DNA of 64,000 nt, taken from positions 1-64,000 of the forward strand of contig NW_026782435.1 of the NCBI RefSeq assembly GCF_031769215.1, written 5' to 3'. The number at the start of each line of letters is the position of its first letter. Position 1 is the first letter of the stretch. The position numbers were made by a program, and so were the translations under genes. The notes below the pieces were generated by a model. The model saw only the letters and a program-made list of their open reading frames with translations. It was not told the DNA's origin and did no database searches. Origin of the DNA: Ylistrum balloti (taxonomy: Eukaryota). This document shows positions 1-10,500 of the stretch, in pieces.

Positions 1-1350
1 GTGAAAGTATCGGTCACACTTCTCTAATGTCAGACAGGAGTGAAAGTATGTCACACCTCTCTAATGTCACACTTCTCTCAGGGAGGAGTGAAAGTATCAG
101 TCACACTTCTCTAATGTCAGACAGTAGTGAAAGTATCGGTCACACTTCTCTAATGTCAGGGAGGAGTGAATGTATCGGTCACACTTCTCTAATGTCAGAC
201 AGGAGTGGAAGTATCGGTCACACTTATCTAGTGTCAGAGAGGAGTGATGTGTCAGTGACACTTCTCTAATGTCAGACAGTAGTGAAAGTATCGGTCACAC
301 TTCTCTAATGCCGGACAGGAGTGAAAGTATCGGTCACACTTCTCTAATGTCAGACAGGAGTGAAAGTATCGGTCACACTTCTCTAATGCCAGACAGGAGT
401 GAAAGTATCGCTCACACATCTCTTGTGTCAGACAGGAGTGAAAGTATCAGTCACACTTACCTAATTTTAGGGAGGAGTGATGTTTCAGTCACACTTCTCT
501 TGTGTCAGTGAGGAGTAAAAGTATCGGTCACACTTCTCTAATGTCAGAAGTATCGGTTTCACAGAAGTGAAAGTATCGGTCACGCTTCTATAATGGCAGA
601 CAGGAGTGAAAGTATCGGTCACACTTCTCTAATGTCAGGGAGGAGTGAAAGTATCAGTCACACCTCTCTAATGTCAGACAGTAGTGAAAGTATCGGTCAC
701 ACTTCTCTAATGCCGGACAGGAGTGAAAGTATCGGCCATACTTCCCTTGTGACAGGGAGGAGTGAAAGTATCGGTCACACTTCTCTAATGTCAGGGAGGA
801 GTGAAAGTATCAGTCACACCTCTCTAATGTCAGACAGTAGTGAAAGTATCGGTCACACTTCTCTAATGCCAGACAGGAGTGAAAGTATCGGCCATACTTC
901 CCTTGTGACAGGGAGGAGTGAAAGTATCGGTCACACTTCTCTAATGTCAGGGAGGAATGAAAGTATCGGTCACACATCTCTTGTTTCAGAGAGGAGTAAA
1001 AGTATCGGTCACAGTACTCTAATATCAGAGAGGAGTGATGTGTCTGTCACACTTCTCTAATGCCAGACAAGTGTGAATGTATCGCTCACACTTCTATAAT
1101 GTCAGACAGGAGTGAAAGTATCGGTCATACTTCCCTTGTGACAGGGAGGAGTGAAAGTATCAGTCACACCTCTCTAATGTCAGACAATAGTGAAAGTATC
1201 GGTCACACTTATCTAATGTCAGTCAGTAGTGAAATTATCGGACACACTTCTCTAATGCCAGACAGGAGTGAAAGTATCGGTCACACTTCTCTAATGTCAG
1301 GGAGGAGTGATGTGTCAATCACATTTCTCTTGTGTTAGGGAGGAGTGAAA
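1..1350. repeat. 39-bp tandem minisatellite (about 34 units; consensus GGAGTGAAAGTATCGGTCACACTTCTCTAATGTCAGACA)
   Basis: The unit recurs directly throughout. Unit length is a multiple of 3, which explains the repetitive SDRSESIGHTSLM ORFs. The array runs off the left edge of the window. Confidence 0.95.
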
Positions 1351-1545
1351 TGTACACACACGTACAGGTTAGCTGTGTTTGAGTAGTACATGTGAAATGT
1401 ACACACAGGTACAGGTTAGTTGTGTGTGAGTAGTACATGTGAAATGTACACACAGGTACATGTTAGTTGTGCGAGTAGGTAGTACATGTGAAATGTACAC
1501 ACAGGTACAGGTTAGTTGTGTGAGTAGTACATTTGAAATGTACTT
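1345..1545. repeat. Tandem repeat of about 45-49 bp, about 4.5 copies (GTGAAATGTACACACAGGTACAGGTTAGTTGTGTGAGTAGTACAT)
   Basis: Direct repeats visible immediately after the 39-bp array. Confidence 0.9.
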
Positions 1546-1610
1546 ATTGATAATTCAGGTGTTTTAAATTCTGAGTACTCCTTTTAAATATATGAATCTT
1601 TATTTTACAG

Positions 1611-3478
1611 AAATCAAATCTGACTTGAAACCTTTAAGACCCTTGATAGGTGAGTGGCATCAACTTGACTGGGCACGGTGTGAGAAAAGTTACAGCAGAT
1701 TCCTCAAAACCAGACTCACAACAACAAGCACCATCAATGGAATTAATTGGACACCAAACTATTAAGTTATATTTCTGTTCACAAACGCAAATATCTCAGT
1801 ACACTCAGATTTATCCCTATTATAACACACATCAAATTCTTCTCTCCGTTCCTATAGGTCCTCACAATACACACATTAAACGGGTCGTATTCTGGTGAAA
1901 GACATAATTCAATATATAATACATTCCAATATAATATCTTGGACTTTGGTAATACAGGAATAAAAATGTTGTACAGGAATAAAAATGTTGTATAGAATGT
2001 ATGTTCATTCAAACTGCCCTTTAAAAGTTACATCTTAACGTATTTAAAGTGCTGTATACTAATAAAGGTTTTTAGTTTATTTTTAATATATATCCTTTCT
2101 TTATTTTCTTACAGTTCAAACTATAAACAGGATTAAAACAGAAAAAGAGGAGAAAAAGTTCATGGAGACCAAAGCTTTTCATGACGCACAAGAGAAACTC
2201 GGAAAGAACAGAGTCATAATGATCAAGGGTAACACAGGAGACGGCAAGACTTCGACTGCCTTTCAACTCATGGACTGGCTGATCAAGGAGCAGCAATGCA
2301 GGCAACCTCTTCAGCTTCATGAAATCAAGAAATTAGATAAATTGTCTCCAGACTCGAGTCTGGTTACTTTTATTGATGATATTTTTGGAGAGAGAAATGT
2401 TAGAAATACGGATGTAGCTGAGTGGAACAAAAGAATTAATAATGTAAAAACACTGTTTGTAGATCAACAAATGAAGGCCAATTTTTTGCTTGTTACTATT
2501 CGTAATGAAATATATAATGATTTGAAAGAGCGATCTTTGGAACCAGTTTTTACCAAAGATAACCTTATTGACATGAGTTCGGACACATACAGGATTTTAG
2601 AGGAAAGAAAAGAACTTCTACAAAAATATCTGCCAAACAATTATAAATGGGAAGAGAAAGAAATAGAAAGTATTGTAAAATCTGCTTCAAGCATTGGCTT
2701 TCCCCAATGCTGCCACCTTTTCTATAACTCCGTGGAATTGCAGGCAAAACGTGGGGAATTTTTTGAGAAACCTTTTAAATTTTTGAATGAAGCATTGTCT
2801 AGATTATCAGAATGTTGTGCCATTTTGTTTCTTTTCCTCAATGGAGGGGAGATAAAAGTTAAAGATCTAGACCCAAACAGTGATAAAATCAACAAAACAT
2901 TGTTAGAGGAATCATTTAATATTAATCTGATTGATGGTGAGGAGGACAGATCCTCATTGAAGTACGAGAGAAAAGTAGGATTTGTAAAAGAAAGTTTAGA
3001 CAGATTGCTAGGATTTTTAGTGGTGAAGGAGAAAAATTGGTTTGGTGATGAAGTATACAGATTTAATCATGATTCTGTACGTGTCACAGTAGCTCGTTTG
3101 TATTGGAACAAAACACCAGTTGGTTATATACAGAATTGTCCAGTGAAATTCCTCGGTTATCTCACAACCTCAAAAACATCCACAGACATGATTGTTTTAT
3201 CATCAGATAATTATACACGTCTGTGTGAACGTCTGCTCCGAGAGTTTGAGTGTGAGGAGTATGATTATGATAGTAGATATATTATTAAGTCTCTAGATGT
3301 ATGGAAAGATCCCGTATTTGTTGAAAGATTCGATGAGTTGTTGAATGAGAAAAAAGTTGATAAACGTGCTGTGTTAAATACGGTATGTAAATATGGTGTA
3401 AAAGAATGTGGTTTATATCTTCTGAGTGTGGGAGTCAAACCTGACAAGTACACAGACTTGTGGTCATTGATTATGTAG
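1611..3478 (+). CDS. 3' exons of an nSTAND3-type (STAND P-loop NTPase) gene, probably ankyrin-associated, truncated by an LTR insertion; join(1611..1649,2115..3478), 5' exons not identified
   Basis: Walker A GNTGDGKT and Walker B LVTFIDDIFG; typical downstream GFPQCC/LF and YRFNHDSV motifs. Ankyrin-like start AVLNTVCKYGVKECGLYLLSVG. Acceptor tttacag at 1610, donor gtgagt at 1650, acceptor cttacag at 2114, phases 1/1 in frame with ORF 2162..3478. The stop TAG falls inside the LTR end. Confidence 0.8.
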
Positions 3479-4221
3479 CCGGGTTCCAATGCTACAGTGT
3501 TTTATAAAATAACGCTGGATTCATTCCTTTCATACGTTTATTTAGACGCACCAAAAGACCCTACAATAACACAAATAAAACATAAGTTCACGTATAAGAC
3601 ATATTACAAACTACGCACTGTACCAACAGTACCGGTTACACTGGACATGGAGTCAACTTTACTTTTTACACATATTTATATTTCCCGTAACGGTTACACT
3701 AAACTTTACGAATTCATCAAAATATATATATCCAATGCCAACACATGATAAACTATAGGATTTACCATTTGTATTACACAGATGTAGTTAATAGTTAAAT
3801 AATATATATACATAATATACCTACCCTATCAATCTGACAGGGGTCTCAAGAGATAACATCCTTTTTTACAATAAAATGATCTATGGTTCTGTTGAAAGAA
3901 AAACAACAAAACGTAATTAACTATATCTGTAATAAATTTCTTTAAGATAATTCTGCAAAAATTACTATTCCCATTACAAAAGGAATAATGAAAAAACCAT
4001 ATAACATATAATTGCGACTGTCCATGTCTCTGTCCAGCGCGTGAATAACGATACAGAACATACAGGTGCACGAACAAGCATGTAATCACGTGACAAGACA
4101 TTTACATAACAAAACACAGGTGAGAAATTCTTAGAACATACACTGACAAAACAAACCGGTTGGACAAGTACATTTATAAAAATATATATAAATAGATAAA
4201 AGTAAAATTGACACTGCCACA
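3474..4221 (-). mobile_element. 3' LTR of a Gypsy retrotransposon (748 bp)
   Basis: On - it starts TGTGGCAG at 4221, directly after a polypurine tract, and ends GGCTACA at 3474 (TG...CA with short imperfect terminal inverted repeat). It lies just downstream of the pol stop. No second LTR copy was seen in the window. Confidence 0.75.
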
Positions 4222-4231
4222 TACTCCCCCT
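4222..4231 (-). other. Polypurine tract (AGGGGGAGTA) of the Gypsy element
   Basis: Sits between the pol stop/CGAGGACG motif and the LTR TG start on the - strand. Confidence 0.75.
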
Positions 4232-4252
4232 GGAAATAAGATGACGTCCTCG

Positions 4253-7204
4253 TCAGTTTTTCTTGGTGACAAGAGACACTACTGCTTCTGTCATCTGTGG
4301 AGAGAGATTTAAAAATTCTTTTGAATTAGCTAGTGTCAACAAGTATCTGACTCTACGCAGCCAATCAGGCTCCTGGCCTGACATGACAAACTCACCTGAG
4401 GTGAACCACTTGGGTGGAGCTCTAACACGCTCCGACCTCCTGAGCTCAGTCTCTGGCTCCCGAGGTTGCTCACCCTCAACGTCTTGGGGTGGATCGTCAT
4501 CAACAACCTCATCATCCCAGTCAGCTGTATGTGGACCGTCATCCTGCTGAACTGGAATATCTGTAACTGTAACAGATTCTTCTTCCGGTGTGGAAACATG
4601 GACTACCACTGATGAAGTATCACTTTGATCTTCGGGCTCCACCTCCACATCCTCACTCACTGTTTGTTTTGGTTTAGGCTTCCTATGCCTTGGCGCAGGT
4701 TTAGGCCTTGTAGGTGCTTTATCATCCATGCTCCTGGAATCTGGCGTCAAATATCCAACTGGAAGAAGATGGTTTCTGTGCATGGTTCTTTTTCTTCCAG
4801 TACCATCCTCCCGTTGAATGATATATACTGGAATATCATTGTTTGGCTGACTTTCCACTATATAAATTTCACTCTCCCATGGGTCAGCAATCTTGTGCCG
4901 GCCTTTGAATGCAAGTACTTTGACAAGTACTCTGTCTCCTGGCTCCAAGGTGGCACCACGTACTCGTACATCATACCCCACTTTCTGTTTCCTTTGTGCT
5001 TGATCAGCATTCAATGAAGCCAAATGATATGCTTGCTTCAAACGTTCACGTAACTCCTCAACATATGCAGAATATGAGGGTTGATCAGAGTCTTCATCCT
5101 GCTCCCTAACGCCAAAAGCAACATCAACTGGTAGTCTGGGGTGTCGACCGAACATCAGGTAGTACGGTGAATACCCTGTTGTCTCGTGCCTAGTGCAGTT
5201 GTATGCATTAGTGAAGGGTCCAATAAATGACTTCCAATCTTTCTTTTGGTCTGGATTCAATGTGCGAAGCATGTCAAGCAAAGTTCTGTTAAACCTCTCA
5301 CACAAACCATTTCCTTGCGGATGATAAGGACTTGTCCTCGACTTCTCTATTCCTAATAGCAGACATAACTCCTTTATGAGATCTCCTTCAAAGTTAGCTC
5401 CCTGGTCGAGGTGGATTCGCTTGGGCATCCCATAATGGATGAAGAAGTTATGGTAAAGAGCATCTGCAGTAGTATGAGCCGACATATTCCGAGTAGGTAT
5501 GGCTTGTGCATATTTAGTGAAGTGATCGGTTATCACTAAAAGATATTGATAATTTCCTTTGGCTGGTTCTAGTGTAAGAAAGTCAATACACACAAGTTCC
5601 ATTGGCTGTGATGTTTGTATGCTGACAAGTGGGGCTCGGGTTCTTGCTGGTGTCTTGGCTCTGGTACAGCGATCGCACAGCTTCACCCATTCCTCTATGT
5701 CCTTGCACATTCCAGGCCAATAGAATCGATCCTGTATGCTTGACGTCGTCCTATCACGCCCAGGGTGTCCTATGTCATTGTGTAAGGCCTGAAGCACCCT
5801 CCGTCTCAATGACAAGGGCAATACTAACTGAAGTGTATCATCTCGAGTCTTCTTGTATAGGACCCCTCTGGAGAGAGTTAAGTTGTAAAATTTCTTTGCA
5901 TAGACCTTGAACTCATTACAATTATCCATAAATCTTCTTGGCCTCTGATGATTCCTGACATAGGGCAATATGTCACCAATTGCTCCGTCCTCACTCTGTA
6001 GTTTCCTCATCTGTGTGGGTGTGTATTCTCCGAAGTCTTGTCCAATGTCGGTATCATCTAAGACCTCAGCTGACATGCACATGGTTTCCATAAATGGAGA
6101 TCCCTCAGTGATGGCATTGCACACAGCTTTGATGCATTCCCTGGTAATGTGTTGGATGTCTGTCCTACAATCATCCTCAAGTCCTGGGTATCTTGATAAA
6201 GTATCTGCATCCAGGTTGTTCTTTCCAGGCTTGTAGCGTATGTCAAAGTTGTATGTAGCTAAGGCCGACAACCAGCGATGGCCTGCAGCATCCAGTTTTG
6301 CCTTTGAAAGTACATAGGTTAAAGGGTTGTTATCCGTGTAAACTGTGAAGTGGTTTCCATACAAATAATCATGAAACTTGTCGGTAATGGCCCACTTCAT
6401 AGCTAAAAATTCTAGCTTATGAGCTGGGTAATTCTTCTCCGTTTTTGTAAGTCCACGACTGGCGTAAGCAACTGGACGGCATGTACCATCATGGTCCTGA
6501 TACAAAACAGCTCCCAAACCGATTGAACTGGCATCTGTATGAAGCTCAAATGGTTTGGTGTAATCGGCAAATTCAAGAACAGGTGGTGATGAAAGAGCTT
6601 CTTTCAAGTTTTGGAATGATATTCTCTCCCGGGTGCCCCATTTCCACTCAACTTCTTCCTGCTTCTTAGACTTTGCTGACTTCTTATGAGTAGGTGGTAG
6701 TAAATCAGTGAGCGGTCTGGCAATATGAGCAAAGTTGGGTACAAATTTGCGATAATATCCGGCAAATCCTAAAAATTTTCTTACATCTTCAGGCGTTGAT
6801 GGTTCTGGCCAATCTCGAATCTTTGCAATCTTGTCTGGATCAGCTTCTATACCAGCCTCCGATACAATATGTCCTACGTACTTCACTCGATTCCTGAAGA
6901 AACAGCATTTCTTTGGCGACAACTTCAAATCGCAATCCCTGAGTCTCTGAAATATCTTTTCAAGACGACGTAAATGTTCTTCATAAGTACCTGAAAACAC
7001 AATAAGATCATCCAAATAGATAAGACAAATGTTCAAATGAAGATCACCAAGACATTCTTCCATTAGACGCTGATAGGTCGCTGGGGCGTTGGACAATCCA
7101 AAAGGCATACGGTTAAATTCGAAAAATCCTAACGGTCCAACAGTGAATACTGTTCTTTCTTTGTGTGGTTCATCTACAGTGAAGGAACCTGAATGCTTTG
7201 TCAT
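4253..7204 (-). CDS. pol: Ty3/Gypsy pol, 5'-truncated: C-terminal half of RT, RNase H, integrase (983-aa ORF; roughly the first 8-10 aa come from the Kolobok end)
   Basis: RT motifs MPFGLSNAPATYQR and IYLDD. RNase H LHTDAS...KLEFLA...YTDNNPL. Integrase HHCC (LHNDIGH...CDRC) and D-D(35)-E (CIDF, HLDQG, NGLCERFN). Domain order RT-RH-IN is the Gypsy order. No gag, protease or RT N-terminus. Confidence 0.95.
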   Translation of the reverse strand: MTKHSGSFTVDEPHKERTVFTVGPLGFFEFNRMPFGLSNAPATYQRLMEECLGDLHLNICLIYLDDLIVFSGTYEEHLRRLEKIFQRLRDCDLKLSPKKCCFFRNRVKYVGHIVSEAGIEADPDKIAKIRDWPEPSTPEDVRKFLGFAGYYRKFVPNFAHIARPLTDLLPPTHKKSAKSKKQEEVEWKWGTRERISFQNLKEALSSPPVLEFADYTKPFELHTDASSIGLGAVLYQDHDGTCRPVAYASRGLTKTEKNYPAHKLEFLAMKWAITDKFHDYLYGNHFTVYTDNNPLTYVLSKAKLDAAGHRWLSALATYNFDIRYKPGKNNLDADTLSRYPGLEDDCRTDIQHITRECIKAVCNAITEGSPFMETMCMSAEVLDDTDIGQDFGEYTPTQMRKLQSEDGAIGDILPYVRNHQRPRRFMDNCNEFKVYAKKFYNLTLSRGVLYKKTRDDTLQLVLPLSLRRRVLQALHNDIGHPGRDRTTSSIQDRFYWPGMCKDIEEWVKLCDRCTRAKTPARTRAPLVSIQTSQPMELVCIDFLTLEPAKGNYQYLLVITDHFTKYAQAIPTRNMSAHTTADALYHNFFIHYGMPKRIHLDQGANFEGDLIKELCLLLGIEKSRTSPYHPQGNGLCERFNRTLLDMLRTLNPDQKKDWKSFIGPFTNAYNCTRHETTGYSPYYLMFGRHPRLPVDVAFGVREQDEDSDQPSYSAYVEELRERLKQAYHLASLNADQAQRKQKVGYDVRVRGATLEPGDRVLVKVLAFKGRHKIADPWESEIYIVESQPNNDIPVYIIQREDGTGRKRTMHRNHLLPVGYLTPDSRSMDDKAPTRPKPAPRHRKPKPKQTVSEDVEVEPEDQSDTSSVVVHVSTPEEESVTVTDIPVQQDDGPHTADWDDEVVDDDPPQDVEGEQPREPETELRRSERVRAPPKWFTSGEFVMSGQEPDWLRRVRYLLTLANSKEFLNLSPQMTEAVVSLVTKKN

Positions 7205-7354
7205 ATATGTGTCATTAAATCAAATAGCCTTTGCTCGTTCATTTACCGCAAAAATCGCCGAAAACGATCCACGCGTTCCAAAGTTATTGTCGAAAACGCT
7301 AAAAACACACCTGAACGAGATCATCGAACGGCACTGTAACATAGCTCTTCAGTA

Positions 7355-7377
7355 GTGACGTCACAAGTGGAAGCGCG
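7355..7377 (+). repeat. Left subterminal inverted repeat GTGACGTCACAAGTGGAAGCGCG, containing a full CRE palindrome
   Basis: Exact reverse complement of 14924-14946. Confidence 0.9.
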
Positions 7378-7583
7378 CGTTCTGTCCCACTCCGGCAGCC
7401 ATTAGTTTTCCAGCAGAAGCCAGGTTATATCGTTTCGTTTTTTTGGCCTACTTGAATGTTATTCGACTAATTTATACTATAATTGATGGTAAAGTAACAG
7501 TAGTGTCATCATCTGTGGAATGTTTTACTTAGGTTTCAAATATTTGTGAGCGTTCGTGGATTTTTCTGTCAATTATTGTGACC

Positions 7584-10500
7584 ATGGGTGACCCGTCGCC
7601 GACTGCCGGACGTTCAGGAAAAAGATGTGTTGTTTTCGGTTGCAGCAACACCAGTAAAGATGGAGTTTCCCTTCATTTCTTTCCATTGAAGAATAATGAT
7701 ATTTGTAGAAAGTGGACTTCATTTGTAACAACGAAAAGGAAGAACTGGGCCGGAGCCACCAAACATTCTGTAATTTGTTCGAAACATTTCGACATGTCCT
7801 GTTACCCGGCGAAGTATAAGATCATGGAAAGTTTAGGCCAGTCAGTCCGAAGAAAGGACCTGCTTCCAGATGCTGTTCCATCTATACACGCTTCAGAACC
7901 AAGCCCGATGTCTAATATTACAGACACGCCACCACCGCCAAAGAGACAAAGAATGGCTTTTACTAAGAGAGAAAATGCTAGGGTATGTACAATTTAGTAA
8001 TGACGTGCGTATTGGTATTTTCATAATTTTGTTAAACATTCAGACAACTAGAATTCTAGTCAATGTTTCATTGGTCTATATTACACATATGTATAATGGT
8101 GCCCCAACTTTCTATACTGGGAAGAGAATCAAATATACAGCATGTACATTTAAAGTGAAGGTATTATACCAGTATCAGCTAGTATATACCAGTCACACCT
8201 TTTTGTCTCAAATTTGAATTATGATATGAAATTTTAAAAGTCATTATTATTTTGATTTTGATCATTTGTTTTCCCCTCCAGATACTGTCACAGCATTTCC
8301 AAGCAACAGAACTGATGGAGATTGACCATGATGTTGACAACGGTTCGAATAATACCATGGTGTGCGGTATGGAGAGTGATAACTCAACACCACATGTAAG
8401 AATTTGAGGATAAACAATCTAAAGTGCAATTAGTTCATGGAAAGGAAACATCTGACAATTTATTTTAGCATATAGAATCTAAATGGTATTAATAGAGTTT
8501 GTAACTATGTCCTAGTTTTTAGCATCCATTCCGTAGAAGTTAGAACCAGATTCAGCTTTGTTGGATATATTTTGATATTGATACCAGATCAGAGTTCATA
8601 AAGAAGTATTTGAAAAGTGCTTTATTATAACAGTCTTATACCTAGATTAAAAATAAGCTTGTTTTCTTAAAAGTTAAAAAACTAGTATTTTTTCTTGATA
8701 TTACGGAGTCTGATATAGGCAGATAACAGAGAGGCATGGGGCAGAAGGGATACTTATGTAACAGGGTTTTCATGTGTTTTATTGAAGTTTGTGTATTTTA
8801 ACGTTTTTTTAGACACCATCAGGATCAACAACAGCTTTAACAAGAACCTATGGTTGCCAAGTAGGTTTGAAGAAGCCAGCAAGAAGGTCAAAGAAAATAC
8901 AAACAAGTTTTAAAACTCATAACCAAGGTACAGTGATTAATCAAAATTATGCATCAGAAATTGATATTGGGTGTAGTTAAATTTATGCAGATGTATTAAC
9001 AGTTCATCATATTGTAATGAAGACAGTTCTGTTTGATTTGCAAAAAGGAAGATAAATATACACTCAATCCTCTGAGTTAAAATTGCAATTATAATATCTT
9101 GTTCACAAAACAAATGATTTGTGTAGGGTGTTTGATGGAGTCCCCCCTACAATTTTTTGCAATTTTTAATGAATTTGTTTTCCAGTACACTTCCGAGTTT
9201 CGTTAGTAATACACCCATCTTGAATCCTGATGTTAGTATTATGACCTTGTTTCCAGTGCTTTTGTAAACTGGTACAACCTTTTTCTTCAGAGTTTTTTTA
9301 ATTCTGGTATCTGCATTATGGATGGCGGATTGTTAAATAGTTACACTTTACTACTACTCTCTGCTCCAAAGGAACAGGTGCAGCCCAATGTTACGTTGCT
9401 GTAAAGGTGTTGAATAGGAGAAAGTTATCATATTCTGAGCTCAGAAAAAAAGTGTTTTCATTCTCTTAGTGTGTTACACCACTTTTATCATTTTTCTTTA
9501 TTGTAGTATGTCAGACGACATCCAATGAATGCAAGTCTGTGGCCATCCAGTGTGATATTATAAAACCAGAACAAACGTCAAACACCAACATGTGCGAGGA
9601 CCACAATCTTACTTTTGATCATGATGGCACAGAGGAGGACAATGGAGATATGGATGACCATAGTCCCCAAGAAGACTTGCTTGACAGTTCATTTAATGCG
9701 TCATTTCAGAGTGAAGCAGATGAAGATGTTGACTCTGATAGCAACATAGATGATGAAAGGTGATTTTTTGTTATGATCAATTGTAAAGTTAAATGATTGT
9801 TATTAAAGGTCACTAGACCTCTGTGTTAAAAAGGTTTGTGGGTCATAATTAGTAACATTTTACCACATAATGGTACTTGTACATCTTCATCTATATCACT
9901 TTCTTTATCCCACCACCACTTTTTGGATCTCTTGTGTTATTACTAAGGCTAAATTATTACTCAGTGCAAGTGCCTTTCGTTGGCCTGGCAAATTATGACA
10001 AAATACACTGCCCAAACCAATAATTTAAAGTAAAAATTTTTTTTTTCAGGGATGATGGAAGAGACAGAAAATTTTTGGTTTACGAATCAGAACTCCTAAA
10101 ATTATTTTCAGCATGCCCAAGATGCTCCAGCCCAACATTTGGACATATTCAACAGCTGCGCGGTACAGCAGTGAAAATTCTACAGGACTGTGGTTTTTGT
10201 TCCTATACCAATGTTTGGAAGAGCCAACCAATGATCGGGTCAATACCAGCTGGAAACTTACTGCTTTCATGTGCAATTCTGTTTTCTGGGTCGCTTCCAA
10301 GCAAATCACTGCGGATGTTCAACTTTATGAACATGGCCACAATATCTTGCGATACATTTTTGCAACATCAGAGGTATTTTCTTCAGCCAGCCATATTGCA
10401 AGTTTGGAATGAGCATCAGCAGTGCTATTTGGACAGTGTGATTCAAGAAAATAGGGAAATTGTATTGGGAGGAGATGGACGTGCAGATACCCCAGGCCAC

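Noticed and set aside
27-1338. Ser/His-rich ORFs (SDRSESIGHTSLM repeats)
   Set aside because: By-product of a 39-bp (3n) tandem repeat, with frame breaks and no unique sequence.
4263-6669. Several short ORFs overlapping Gypsy pol on the opposite strand or in other frames
   Set aside because: Shadow ORFs of a long coding sequence; no recognisable motifs.
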